Positions 1-10,823 of a stretch of DNA of 64,000 nucleotides are shown here, in pieces (within the stretch, counting starts at the first letter, position 1; every line of letters begins with the position of its first letter). The notes beneath the pieces were generated by a model, which saw only the letters and a list, made by a program, of their open reading frames with translations, was not told the origin of the DNA and ran no database searches. Both the position numbers and the translations under genes were made by a program. Source of the stretch: Spirochaetia bacterium. Its GTDB lineage: Bacteria; Spirochaetota; Spirochaetia; CADAEX01. The DNA is taken from contig CAXXHA010000024.1 in the NCBI GenBank assembly GCA_963662265.2, positions 1-64,000 on the forward strand, in the 5' to 3' direction.

Positions 1-196
1 CACCTCCAGCCTGTGCCATTGTCTCTACAAGGATGACTCCCGGTACTACAGGATAACCGGGGAAATGACCTTTGAAAAAGTATTCATTTTCTGTATAGGT
101 TCTGTAAGCGATGATTTCCTCATCATCTGTTTTTTCAATATAATCCACATAAAGAAATGGATCTCTGTGCGGTAAAAGTTCTTTGATGTCTTTCAT
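1..196 (-). CDS. fabZ: 3-hydroxyacyl-ACP dehydratase FabZ (5' part; runs off window start)
   Basis: Reverse strand from ATG at 196 reads MKDIKELLPHRDPFLYVD...FFKGHFPGYPVVPGVILVETMAQAG, with the LPHR.PFL and GHFP..P..PGV..E..AQ FabZ motifs; AGGAG RBS upstream. Not in the ORF track. Confidence 0.92.
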   Translation of the reverse strand, partial: MKDIKELLPHRDPFLYVDYIEKTDDEEIIAYRTYTENEYFFKGHFPGYPVVPGVILVETMAQAGG

Positions 197-397
197 TTAA
201 ATTCTCCTGATTTTTATTGCTGCCGCATTGAAAATAATATAAATAATGCTGCTTTTAGCTGAAACTAAACAAAATACAATAATTTTTGACAGATTGCAAG
301 CTGGTTTCAGAATTTTGAATATTCAATAATTTTCATCTATTATACAATAGATTCATAAAGTTGTATTCAAGTTTTTAATCAGGAGATTCTTCCTGTG

Positions 398-2134
398 TTA
401 GTTGCCCGAATAAAGATCCCTGATCTTTTTCCTGGTAATAATTTCCGGAAGAAATACCGGGGGAGTTTTATCATCCCTGTAAAAGGCATAGACAGGGACA
501 CCTGCCTTGCTGTTTTCTTTCATCCATTCGGAAATATGAGGGTCTTGATCTGTAAAATCTCCTTTGAGGAGAACTGTGTTGTTTTCTGCAAAAAGTTCTT
601 TTATTTCATCTGTATTCAGTACCAGCCTTTCGTTGATTTTGCATGTAGTACACCAGTCTGCATAGATATCTACAAAAACAGATCTGCCTTCATCCAGATG
701 TTTTGCCAGGTTTTCTGCTGAGAACTGCATGTCAGTTTTTTTATCTGCTGAAATATTTACACCTTCATAATCAAAATCAGGAACTGATACCGCAGCAGCA
801 ACTGAAAGCAAAAGCAACAGCAGCAGGGCTGTGAATGAATATTTTCTCCTGATTCCTGATAGTGCTATTTTCCCGTAAAGCCATGCAAGGAAAGTAAGTA
901 TGAACAGAAATATAATTATACTTGAAACAACAGATGATGGTTTTCCCTTTGCAAATGATATAAGAAGGTAAAACGCAGTTCCTGCAAGAATAAACCCGAG
1001 AATTTCCTTGAAGTAAACACTCCATTTTCCCGGTTTCGGAAGTTTTTTTACAAGAGCAGGATAAAAACCGAGGAGGAGGAAAGGGAAAGCAAACCCTGTA
1101 CCAATGAAAATAAAAAGCAGGAGAATAAGCATGCTGCTTCCTGAAAGGGAGAACGCTATTGCAGAACCCAGAAAGGGTGCTGTGCATGGGGCAGCGACAA
1201 GTACTGCGAATATACCGGTCAGGAAATGACCTGGATAGCCCCCTTTACCAGACAGTTTACCAGCAGTATTTACTCCCGGAAGTGTAATTGTAAAAACATC
1301 AAACATTGACAGTGCAAAAAGATAGATAGCAGAAATAAGGAACAGTACAAACCATTTATTCTGCATCTGAAATCCCCACCCTGCAAACTGACCGGCATTT
1401 TTAATTAAAATCAGGAAAAGCGCCAGGATAATCAGTGACAGTATTATGCCGGCAGAATAAAAGAGAGAAGATATGAGTATTTCCCTTTTATCATGTTCAC
1501 TCTGTTTTACAAGAGAAAGAGCCTTGATAGACAGGAGGGGGAAGACGCAGGGCATTATATTAAGAAGAAGCCCACCGATAAATGCTAGTATCATGTATTT
1601 AAGTACACCTGATAAAGTTCCTGGCTTATTCAAGGTGCCGGTTGTTTCTGAAAAATTATTATCACTGATTATTCTGTTTTCAGGCAGAGTCAAGGAAACG
1701 TCGATTTCTTCCGAGCCGGGAAAGTAGCAGGTTCCATCCTCATCGCACAGCTGGTATGATGCTTTAAGTTTTAATATCTGCTTCCCTGGAGTTAAATCTT
1801 CAGTATTAACAGTCATTATTATTTCTGCACTTCCGTAATAATTAATTTCCCCTTTTTCCTCTTTTCCTTCAGGGTATTCTGTTTCATATGAAGTATTTTC
1901 AGGGCTTATTATCTCGGCTTTGAAGAAATCCTTATTCAGTGTCTGGTGGAAATTTTCAGGGAACCGGTAAAATACCCTGATCGCGGCAAGTGTGCTGTTG
2001 TTTTCATTTATAATTTCCGTGTCAGCTGTTATTTCAGGTGCCGGCTGTGGGCCGAACTGTGCATATATAGCTGATGAGAAGAGAAAAAGTATAAGTGTTA
2101 AAAAATATCTGATATGATTTTTTTTAAATTTCAC
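398..2134 (-). CDS. dsbD: Thiol:disulfide interchange protein DsbD family
   Basis: Signal peptide, N-domain QLCDEDGTCYFP, TM domain with NIMPCVFP and AAPCTAPFLG cysteines, C-terminal thioredoxin WCTTCK. Confidence 0.9.
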   Translation of the reverse strand: MKFKKNHIRYFLTLILFLFSSAIYAQFGPQPAPEITADTEIINENNSTLAAIRVFYRFPENFHQTLNKDFFKAEIISPENTSYETEYPEGKEEKGEINYYGSAEIIMTVNTEDLTPGKQILKLKASYQLCDEDGTCYFPGSEEIDVSLTLPENRIISDNNFSETTGTLNKPGTLSGVLKYMILAFIGGLLLNIMPCVFPLLSIKALSLVKQSEHDKREILISSLFYSAGIILSLIILALFLILIKNAGQFAGWGFQMQNKWFVLFLISAIYLFALSMFDVFTITLPGVNTAGKLSGKGGYPGHFLTGIFAVLVAAPCTAPFLGSAIAFSLSGSSMLILLLFIFIGTGFAFPFLLLGFYPALVKKLPKPGKWSVYFKEILGFILAGTAFYLLISFAKGKPSSVVSSIIIFLFILTFLAWLYGKIALSGIRRKYSFTALLLLLLLSVAAAVSVPDFDYEGVNISADKKTDMQFSAENLAKHLDEGRSVFVDIYADWCTTCKINERLVLNTDEIKELFAENNTVLLKGDFTDQDPHISEWMKENSKAGVPVYAFYRDDKTPPVFLPEIITRKKIRDLYSGN

Positions 2135-2219
2135 AAATCACCTCATATTATCTGTTGTTTTCTGAATCTTTCAGTTTGCACTGATTTATCTTTAATATGG
2201 CAGATATAACAGCCTGCTC

Positions 2220-2753
2220 CTATTCAGAAGCAAGCTTGTTGAATATGTCAGTTATCTCTTTTTCATCCCATTCCCTTGTTCCTATGAACTGGGCTCTTAC
2301 ATATCCCTTCTTGTCTATGATAAATGTAGTAGGTATTGACCTGATCTGGTAGATTGATGCAGCTTTTCCCTCCTCATCAGCAAGCACCGGGAATGTATAT
2401 TTGTTTTTTCTGATAAAATCTGAGACAGTGCTTTTACTCTCCTGAATATTTACAGCAACAATATCAATTTTTGTTTTATCAATTTTACTGTAGAGTTTCT
2501 CCATTGAAGGCATTTCCCTTCTGCAGGGAGGACACCATGTGGCCCAGAAATTAAGCATCACTGCTTTTCCCCTGAAATCCTTCAGGCTGATCTTTTTCCC
2601 GTCAAGATTTTCTAGTGTGAAATCTATTGAACTGACTTTTTCACTGAAAACCTGAAAGCCGGCTTCCACCATTTCATTTTCAATACTTTCCCCGAAAATA
2701 CCGAATAAAGGTGATACCAGTATCAGAACAAGAAATATATATTTTTTCTGCAT
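2220..2753 (-). CDS. TlpA/ResA-family thiol-disulfide oxidoreductase
   Basis: LNFWATWCPPCRREMP motif, N-terminal anchor, adjacent to dsbD. Confidence 0.9.
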   Translation of the reverse strand: MQKKYIFLVLILVSPLFGIFGESIENEMVEAGFQVFSEKVSSIDFTLENLDGKKISLKDFRGKAVMLNFWATWCPPCRREMPSMEKLYSKIDKTKIDIVAVNIQESKSTVSDFIRKNKYTFPVLADEEGKAASIYQIRSIPTTFIIDKKGYVRAQFIGTREWDEKEITDIFNKLASE

Positions 2754-2818
2754 AATAAGCTCCTTTGAAAATTATATATAGAAAATACTATATTAAGTGC
2801 GGAGTGTCCAATAAAATG

Positions 2819-3463
2819 TTATAAGAAACAGAAAACAAGAACAGAAAAGTTATAGAAAGCATGGGTGAGGGCATTGATATGGAGATTCCTGTGTTTCAGA
2901 AATATAATGGAAAGAAAGAGTCCTGCTGCAAAGGCTGTAAGGATTGCCTGCAGTCCCCCCTGCAGGTGGCTTATTGAGAAGAGAACAGAGCTTATGAAAA
3001 GTGCAGCTTTTTTCCCGTAAGCCGGTTCTGCTGATGATATAAGATATGACCTGAAAAATATTTCCTCCCTGTATCCTGTAAGGAGGGATATTATAAAAGC
3101 CTGTATCAGGAAGAATAATAAATTTCCAGGCATGTTAATCTCATTGGATGGGATCTTGTAAAAGCTGAATACCAGGTCAATTGTCAGAATTATTATGTAA
3201 ACAGGAATAAGGTATAATAATGATACCGGGATAATTCTGAAGCTGAACTTTCTTAAACCGTTAAGATTCTTATCTGTTTTCTTCAGCCTCATGAAATATA
3301 TGAGGAAGAATATCTGAAACAGGGATATTACTGTGTAAACTGCTGTGAGTGAGAAACTGCTGTAAATATCGGTATTTTTCCCGCTGGAAAAGAGTGAGGG
3401 GAAATATAATATAATGTAGAGAATAAGAGGTTCACAGAGGGTGAATATACTGTTATTAAACAT
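2819..3463 (-). CDS. CPBP (CAAX/Abi) family intramembrane metalloprotease
   Basis: EEIFFR, FSISH and HAFYN motifs in a multi-TM protein. Confidence 0.85.
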   Translation of the reverse strand: MFNNSIFTLCEPLILYIILYFPSLFSSGKNTDIYSSFSLTAVYTVISLFQIFFLIYFMRLKKTDKNLNGLRKFSFRIIPVSLLYLIPVYIIILTIDLVFSFYKIPSNEINMPGNLLFFLIQAFIISLLTGYREEIFFRSYLISSAEPAYGKKAALFISSVLFSISHLQGGLQAILTAFAAGLFLSIIFLKHRNLHINALTHAFYNFSVLVFCFL

Positions 3464-3577
3464 TTATTGGCCATGTTATCCATATATATAAAAAAAAGCT
3501 ATTGTAAATCAGATAATAATTGTATAATAATTTAAATTAATTTTAATTTTAATAAAAGTAGAAGCGAAAATTAGACT

Positions 3578-4570
3578 ATGCTGATAATAGTTACTGGAAT
3601 TGTATTACTTATAGCTGTTTTTATACTCCTCAGAATTTTCGGAAGTGATAATTTTCCGTGGATTCAGTTTTATACAAGAGGCAGGGAAAGCGGTTTTGAT
3701 CTGAAGGAAATCAATTTACTTAGAAGAGCTGCGGTTGAGAACAGGATACAGAATCCTGTCTCTCTCTTCTGGTCTGTAAGGCAGCTTGACAGGTGTCTGA
3801 GAAGCATGATTCTCCGTTACAGGAGTAAGGGAAATGACGGGATCAGGCCTGAAATGATTTCCAAGCTTTTTGATTTCAGGAAGAAGGTTGAATTCGACCA
3901 GCCTAAATATAAAATCGGAATAACTACAAGCCGGAAAATATCTGTACGTCAGATAATAAAAATATCTCTTCCCGGAGTAGGAACCTATACTTCCACAGTT
4001 GTTGAAAATTTGCGGAAATATTTTGCAATATCATATCCTCTCGGACCCAAGCTTCCTGTCGGATTTTCCTGGAATTCCCAGAGAATCAATGTCTATTTCT
4101 GGAGAGGCGATGATGCCGGGTATGTTTTTGAAACACGTATTCTGAATGATTATACAGACTCAAGCAAAGTCCCGATACTTCATGTTGCCCACTCGGATTC
4201 CCTTGTCAGGAGTCAGAAGAGAAATTCAGTAAGAGCGGATGTCAATAAAAACGGGTATCTTTATTCACTTAAATCAATTGAAGGGCGGAATGAAAATATT
4301 GAGCAGTCTCCCGGGATAAGGTGCCGTATACTGGATATTTCCGAAGACGGGGCAGCTATTCTTATCGGCGGTAGGGCCAGGGCGGGGCTGCCTATAAAAC
4401 TTCAGCTGAAGCTATATTCTGAAACAATTGTAATGTGCGGAATAATCAGGGGAGTGAATTTCAACCAGAATAAGAACCAGTCTGTTCTGCATATGAAAGC
4501 TGTTCCGTTAAGTTTCAACATGAAAAACAATGTTCTTAGTTACGTATATAATCTTTTCCCCGATAATTAA
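3578..4570 (+). CDS. Membrane-anchored PilZ-domain (YcgR/flagellar brake-like) c-di-GMP receptor
   Basis: N-terminal TM; QKRNSVR (RxxxR) and DISEDG (DxSxxG) PilZ motifs. Confidence 0.8.
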   Translation: MLIIVTGIVLLIAVFILLRIFGSDNFPWIQFYTRGRESGFDLKEINLLRRAAVENRIQNPVSLFWSVRQLDRCLRSMILRYRSKGNDGIRPEMISKLFDFRKKVEFDQPKYKIGITTSRKISVRQIIKISLPGVGTYTSTVVENLRKYFAISYPLGPKLPVGFSWNSQRINVYFWRGDDAGYVFETRILNDYTDSSKVPILHVAHSDSLVRSQKRNSVRADVNKNGYLYSLKSIEGRNENIEQSPGIRCRILDISEDGAAILIGGRARAGLPIKLQLKLYSETIVMCGIIRGVNFNQNKNQSVLHMKAVPLSFNMKNNVLSYVYNLFPDN

Positions 4571-4573
4571 TTT

Positions 4574-5614
4574 ATGAGAAAATTTCTTTATACAGTCATA
4601 TTTCTTCTGTTTTCATTAAATAATGTGAATTCCCAGGATATTCCTGAACAAAAAGACAATATGACTGCTGAAGAAAAATTTACAGCTTCAGATATTCAGG
4701 AAAAGCTTAAAATACTGTCTGCTGTTAAGCCTTCTGAAGAAACATTTGATTTATACAAAAAAGCGGTAGAATATGCCGCTCTCAACAATGCTTTCTATGA
4801 GAATGATCCTTTTTTCGATGAAATATATGTAAAAGCTGTTTCCGGTGTTCTTTCTGTCCTTAACAGCAGTTCGAAAGTTAGAAAAAAAAGCAGCACCAGC
4901 AGTATATATGAACTCCTGAAACTGGTTGAAGACAAGCCTGATCCTGTCCTTTTTCCCCATTTGTACAGAATGAAAAACATGAAATATCCTGATGATATAA
5001 GGGAAAAGGCTGAAAATATTTTCTACAGCAGCAGTATCCCGTTTTATTCAACAGCTTCAAACATAATTGTGAATAACCCGGTACAGGATAAACTTGAAAT
5101 ACTTACACAGGTGCTTGAAAACCCATCCATGAGCCTGATGGAAAAAGGGGAGCTGAGCAGTAAGGCAATGGAAGCAGCATTCAGTTATCATGTATCTGAT
5201 CACAGGGAGACTGAAGCTGTAAAGAATTTGCTTATCATGTGTGTTGATGTTATTCATGATCTGGAGTGGAGCGAGGCATCATCTCTTGTTCTCAGGTATT
5301 TTGATATATTGATTGCATATGAAAATATAGATGCAGTAAGGGATAATTTAAAAAAGACTATAAAAACTCTCGGAATTCTCGGCACTCATGAAGCGGCAGT
5401 AAGATTAAGCATGTATATAGGTTTGATAAATTCTTTTGCCGAAAAGGGACTTGAGTATGATGAGGAAATCCTTAAAGAGGTGATTTTAAGTCTCGGCAAT
5501 ATCGGGGATCTTGCTGCATATGAAAACCTTTCAAATATGGAAAAGCTTGGATACAGCGAAGAAATTATTTCTCTCTCTGAAAAAGCACTTTCCAATCTCA
5601 AAATATCCAGATAA
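4574..5614 (+). CDS. Exported HEAT-repeat protein
   Basis: Signal peptide; C-terminal helical repeats (IKTLGILGTHEA, ILSLGNIGDLAA). Confidence 0.6.
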   Translation: MRKFLYTVIFLLFSLNNVNSQDIPEQKDNMTAEEKFTASDIQEKLKILSAVKPSEETFDLYKKAVEYAALNNAFYENDPFFDEIYVKAVSGVLSVLNSSSKVRKKSSTSSIYELLKLVEDKPDPVLFPHLYRMKNMKYPDDIREKAENIFYSSSIPFYSTASNIIVNNPVQDKLEILTQVLENPSMSLMEKGELSSKAMEAAFSYHVSDHRETEAVKNLLIMCVDVIHDLEWSEASSLVLRYFDILIAYENIDAVRDNLKKTIKTLGILGTHEAAVRLSMYIGLINSFAEKGLEYDEEILKEVILSLGNIGDLAAYENLSNMEKLGYSEEIISLSEKALSNLKISR

Positions 5615-6893
5615 GGCTGTCCGGGATTATTTCAGAGATCTTTTTATTATTTCTGCAGCTGTATTTACCATTGTTGTTTTTCTGGAAATAAACAGTCCCT
5701 CTCCGTTTTATGTACCGTTTCCTGAAAGTGATTTGAAATATATCGAAGCTGTTCTATACAGCGATTCGGTTAAACTTAAAACTGACAGATTTATATATCC
5801 GGTCTGTGTGAGAACTGCAGTTTCTGAAAAAAATATAACTGTAATAACTGACAGGAAGTTTAAAATCATTTCAAAGGGAGAAAATCTTAACTGGGGAGAT
5901 TCTGTCCGTATAAAAAATCTTTTTAAAATAAGTGATTCCCTTTACAAGGGAAATGTTATTCTTCATGCTGAAACAACTAAACCTGTTCTCAGGTTGAGGA
6001 AAAGAATAAAAGATTTCATCGGGAGAAAAATAGAATTAACAGGTTCCGAAAACGGATTGTCGCTGGCACTTCTTACAGGGAGCAGGGATAATCTGATCCG
6101 TGATGATATTGTAAAATTCCGAAAAGCCGGTTGTGCCCATCTCCTTGCCTTGTCTGGTATGCATCTGGGAATTATTTCTCTCTTTTTTTATTTTCTTTTA
6201 AAACCACTGCTTGGTGTGAGAACTGCACTTTTTGCTGTAAATATAATAAACCTTTCATATCTTGTTGTTTCAGGTCTTTCCGCTTCGCTTATTAGGGCAT
6301 GCATACTTACTGCGATTCTAAGCTATGCAAAGGCAAGAGATATTAAAATACCGCTTTTAAGGGCGCTTTTTCTGACCTTTATTATAAATGTTGTTATTTC
6401 ACCGCATCTCGCAGATGATCTTTCTTTTCAGTATTCATATCTTGCACTTACCGGAATAGTGCTCTATGCAAGGCCTCTGTACAGGATTTTTCTCCGCTTC
6501 ATGCCTCCTTTGATATCCGCTCCATTATCATGTTCAGTCAGTGCACAGCTCTTTACAGCGCCTCTCTCTGCATATGTTTTCAAGGAAGTCTTTTTTTCAG
6601 GTATTGCAGCCTCTGTATTGCTTACACCCCTTATAACAGTTTTTATGTGGAGCAGCCTGATGGGATTGTTTATCCCGCAGACCGTTATTTTTTCTTTTAT
6701 TGCAGCAGGGTTGAGAGGGATGAATAATTTTATTTCCTCTTTAATCATGAATACAGCTTCACTGTTTTCAGTCCTTCCCCCCTTAAGGATAAATACTGTA
6801 ACATTCACTCTATTAATTATTTTTAATCTATCTGTTATCATCATGTTGACAGCGCCTTCACCGGGGCTGAAAATATTTAAGAGGTACAGATGA
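5511..6893 (+). CDS. comEC: ComEC/Rec2 family competence membrane protein (start uncertain)
   Basis: AHLLALSGMHLG, SLIRAC and SFQYSYLA motifs; overlaps rsmA start (ATGA). The ORF-track start overlaps the upstream gene by about 100 nt, so the true start may be later. Confidence 0.85.
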   Translation: MLHMKTFQIWKSLDTAKKLFLSLKKHFPISKYPDKAVRDYFRDLFIISAAVFTIVVFLEINSPSPFYVPFPESDLKYIEAVLYSDSVKLKTDRFIYPVCVRTAVSEKNITVITDRKFKIISKGENLNWGDSVRIKNLFKISDSLYKGNVILHAETTKPVLRLRKRIKDFIGRKIELTGSENGLSLALLTGSRDNLIRDDIVKFRKAGCAHLLALSGMHLGIISLFFYFLLKPLLGVRTALFAVNIINLSYLVVSGLSASLIRACILTAILSYAKARDIKIPLLRALFLTFIINVVISPHLADDLSFQYSYLALTGIVLYARPLYRIFLRFMPPLISAPLSCSVSAQLFTAPLSAYVFKEVFFSGIAASVLLTPLITVFMWSSLMGLFIPQTVIFSFIAAGLRGMNNFISSLIMNTASLFSVLPPLRINTVTFTLLIIFNLSVIIMLTAPSPGLKIFKRYR

Positions 6894-7735
6894 ATTATAA
6901 TTCACCTAATGATATAAGAGATTTTCTTGATTCCTACGGTTTCTCCCCGCAGAAGAAATTCGGCCAGAATTTTCTGATAGCAGAAGATGTCAGAAGGAAG
7001 ATAATCAGTATACTGCAGATCCCTGAAAACAGCAGAATCTGGGAAATCGGTCCAGGCATGGGAGCAATGACTTCACATGTTTTTGAAAAGATTGGAAACA
7101 GCGGAGAACTGGATGTCTTTGAAATAGACAGAGGCTTCATCAGAATGCTTACAGATTTATACGGAGACAGGGATAACTTCAGAATTGTGGAAGGGGACAT
7201 GATTAAAACCTGGAAGGAATTCTACCGGGAAAACGGCAAGCCTGACAGGATATTCGGAAACCTGCCATACAATGCAGCATCTGCAATGATCAGTTCCCTT
7301 ATTGAAAATGATGCGGTGCCAGAGAAGATGGTATTTACCGTACAGAAGGAAGTGGGCCAGAGAATGGCTGCGGGTCCGGGAAACAAGGATTTTTCCTCTT
7401 TTTCTGTTCTCTGCCAGTTTGCCTGTGATGTTGTTTTTGAAGAGGAAGTCCGGGGGGGAGCTTTTTACCCTGTACCTGAAGTGATATCTGCAATTGTTTC
7501 AATGAAACCTCACAAGAGGTTTGACTATCTGGAAGATAAAAGCGGATTTTTCAAATTCCTGAGAACTCTTTTCATATCAAGGCGGAAGACAATATTCAAC
7601 AACCTGAAGGGATACGGCAAGGAGACAGTGCTGTCTGCCCTGGCTGACGAGGAAATTGAAAAAACTATACGGGCAGAAACTCTTTCAGTTGAAAAAATAG
7701 TATCGCTCTATGACAGGTTGAGGAAAAGTCTCTAA
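6890..7735 (+). CDS. rsmA: 16S rRNA dimethyltransferase RsmA/KsgA
   Basis: KKFGQNFL, EIGPGMGAMT, GNLPYN and RRKTIFN motifs. Confidence 0.95.
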   Translation: MNYNSPNDIRDFLDSYGFSPQKKFGQNFLIAEDVRRKIISILQIPENSRIWEIGPGMGAMTSHVFEKIGNSGELDVFEIDRGFIRMLTDLYGDRDNFRIVEGDMIKTWKEFYRENGKPDRIFGNLPYNAASAMISSLIENDAVPEKMVFTVQKEVGQRMAAGPGNKDFSSFSVLCQFACDVVFEEEVRGGAFYPVPEVISAIVSMKPHKRFDYLEDKSGFFKFLRTLFISRRKTIFNNLKGYGKETVLSALADEEIEKTIRAETLSVEKIVSLYDRLRKSL

Positions 7736-7952
7736 TAGAAATATTTCTAAAAATATTTTAATGCCGGCAGATAAGCTGATTGTATAAGAGATTCTGAAAG
7801 GGATTTCTTTCAACTGATTCAATCCGGAAAGGCAGAGCAACTGATATTCCTGATTAAGATAATATTTTGATAATTAACTCATGAAGAAAAGATCCGTGAC
7901 CGGCTATTACCCGGCTGAAAGCAGTTGTGTGAAAAATTATGGAGCAAATAAA

Positions 7953-8762
7953 ATGGACAGAATAAAATTAATAATATCTGATATGGATGGAACACTTCTA
8001 GATGATAAACACCGTATTCACAGTGATTTCTGGGATATTCTCAAAGTAATGAAGCGAAAAAATATCTTTTTCTCGGTTGCAAGCGGAAGGCAGTATCACA
8101 ACCTTCTGCGGAATTTCGAATCAGTTAAAGATGATATTCTTTTCATTGCAGAGAACGGGGCCTATGTAGTCTACCGGGGTAATGAGATTTTTTCAGATGT
8201 TATGGACAGGGAAACTGTAAATGGAGTTGTAGAGAAGGCTTCTTCAAGGCAGGGAGTCAGCATTATACTCTGCGGCAAGAAAAGCAGTTATGTTGATGGA
8301 AACGATCCTGATTTCATTCCGTTTGTGGGGAAATATTTTGAAAAAGTTGAAGTTGTTGGTAATCTGACTGAAGTTGATGATGATATTTTGAAAATAAGCA
8401 TATGTGAGCATAGTGGGGTACAGGAAGATACTGTTGAATATTTTCGTGAAGAGGGGAGCAGGTTCAGGGTGACAGTTTCTACAAAAATCTGGATAGATAT
8501 TGCAGGCCGCACAACCCACAAGGGTGAGGCTGTGGAAATTATTCAGAAAAAATTCGGAATAACAAGAGACGAGACTGTTGTATTCGGTGATTATCTGAAT
8601 GATGTGGAAATGATTAAAAATGCAGGCCTCAGTTTTGCAATGGAAAATGCGCATCCGGAAGTTAAAAAACTTGCAGACTTTATAATCGGCAGCAATAACG
8701 AACACAGTGTTGTCGGGAAGATCAAAGAACTAATTGATGCTGATAATCCCGGAAATATATAA
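7953..8762 (+). CDS. Cof-type HAD-IIB hydrolase
   Basis: DMDGTLL, ASGR, KGEA and FGDYLND motifs; start moved to ATG 7953 behind a GGAG RBS. Confidence 0.9.
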   Translation: MDRIKLIISDMDGTLLDDKHRIHSDFWDILKVMKRKNIFFSVASGRQYHNLLRNFESVKDDILFIAENGAYVVYRGNEIFSDVMDRETVNGVVEKASSRQGVSIILCGKKSSYVDGNDPDFIPFVGKYFEKVEVVGNLTEVDDDILKISICEHSGVQEDTVEYFREEGSRFRVTVSTKIWIDIAGRTTHKGEAVEIIQKKFGITRDETVVFGDYLNDVEMIKNAGLSFAMENAHPEVKKLADFIIGSNNEHSVVGKIKELIDADNPGNI

Positions 8763-8975
8763 TTATAAAAAAATGTTGTGCTGCCGGAAAACTTAATCTA
8801 TACTTAAGATCTGATAGTTAATTGAAATTGAAGGAGCACTGTAAACAAGTTATATGATGTAAGTAAATTAAATAACAGAAAAATCAGTTAATAGAAATAA
8901 GTATTAATAAAAATTATTACATATCTAAAATAATAAGAAAAAAAATTATGTTATTGATTCTCGAAAAAAAATGGA

Positions 8976-10812
8976 GTGTTTATGAATTTGAAACTTAGAT
9001 TGAAGCTTAAGGGAAAACTCCTGCTTCCTATATTGGGGATTGTGATATTAGGGATTGCATCACTTCAGGGGTTCAGCTACTGGAAATCCTCTTCCATACT
9101 TGAAGAAGATATAAAAACAGCAATAACAAGGGATGTTTCATCGGCCAACAGGAGTATTGACCAGTGGATCAATACAACAGTTGGAACTCTTAAAAATTGG
9201 GGAAGAAACAGAGTTCTTATTTCTGCACTTGATAGGAACGCCGGTTCTTACGAAGAAGCTACAGAATTTGCAGAACATGCTCTTGAGGATTTTCCTGTAT
9301 ATGAAGGGGTCTCTCTTATCGGAACAGACGGTAAGGTTGTTGCTGCTTCTCCTCCCGAATACAATAATATAGATATAAGCGACAGAGGTTATTTCAGGAA
9401 AGCACTTGGCGGTGAAATAGGTCTGTCTCAGCCTATACTAAGCCGTGCTACAGGCAATCCAATATTTGTAATCGCTGTCCCTGTTAAAGATAACGAAAAT
9501 AAAGTTCGTGGTATTCTCACCGCAGTAGTTAAAGTAACTGAACTTTATGATCTGATACTTGCTCCCATAAAAATCGGATCAAATGGTTATGCATTTATTC
9601 TCAATCCTGAAGGGGTTGTGATAGCCCATCCAAATAAGGATTTTATTCTCAGTCTTGATATAAGCAATACAGACTACGGGAAGGCAATGATAACCAAAAA
9701 AAATGGAATGCATAAGTATTATTTTGAAGAACAGTCACAGTGGAAAATGATGTCATTTGAAGAGGTCGCAAAAACAGGCTGGATTCTTGCTGTTTCAGCA
9801 CCACTGGGTGAATTACTGGAACCTCTTTCAGTGGTCAGGAATGCTGCTGTAATCGGTGCGATTCTTACACTGGCAGCTGTAGCGTTTGTTGTCTTCATTA
9901 TAGTAAACAGTCTCAGCCGCATCTTTACAGTTTTTGTTTCTGTTTTTAAAAAAGCATCGCTGGGGAACCTTAACCAGAGAGTTGATGAAAAATATGAAGA
10001 AAGATCGGATGAAATCGGAGAAATGGCTGCTGCATTTAATGAAATGCTTCCCCGTATGAGAGAGGTTATAGTAGATGTACAGAATGTTTCCGGAAATGTT
10101 GCAGAAGGCAGCCATCAGCTCAGTTCCTCATCTGAAGGTTTTTCCCAGAATGCAAATGAGCAGGCTGCTTCAGTCGAAGAAGTCTCAGCTTCAATAGAAG
10201 AGATGGTAGCCAATATAAACCAGAATGCCGAAAATGCATCGGAAACAGCCAGGATTGCATCAAATGCTGCAAATGACGCAGTTGAAGGTGGCGGTATAGT
10301 TTCCAGAACTGTCGAGGCCATGAAGGAAATTGCAGATAAAATTACAATAATCGAAGATATTTCACGGCAGACAAACATGCTTGCACTCAATGCTGCGATT
10401 GAGGCAGCCAGGGCAGGTGACCATGGTAAGGGATTTGCTGTAGTTGCTGCAGAAGTTAGAAAGCTTGCCGAAAGGAGTGGCGTTGCTGCTTCGGAAATCG
10501 GAAATCTTTCAACTGAAAGCGTTAAGGTTGCTGAAACAGCAGGAGAAATGCTGAACAAGATGGTGCCTGATATTCAGAAGACAGCATCCCTTGTTCAGGA
10601 AATCAAATCAGCCAGCAATGAACAGAGTTCAGGGGCTGAACAGATTAACAAGGCAATGCAGCAGCTGGACCATGTAATACAGAGCAATGCTTCTTCTTCT
10701 GAAGAGCTTGCAGCAACATCTGAAGAGCTTTCTGCGCAGGCAGAAAAAACTGAAAGAGACAATATCTTTTTTTAATACAGATGATTACTTCAGTGAAGAA
10801 GATTCAGAATAG
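8976..10812 (+). CDS. Methyl-accepting chemotaxis protein (dCache-HAMP-MA); apparent +1 frameshift near the 3' end
   Basis: Two TMs, Cache-like periplasmic domain, [34 protein letters not shown]. The track ORF stops at 10775; removing one A from the A6 run at 10744-10749 gives [24 protein letters not shown] ending 10812. Confidence 0.9.
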
Positions 10813-10823
10813 AGGATTTTTAT

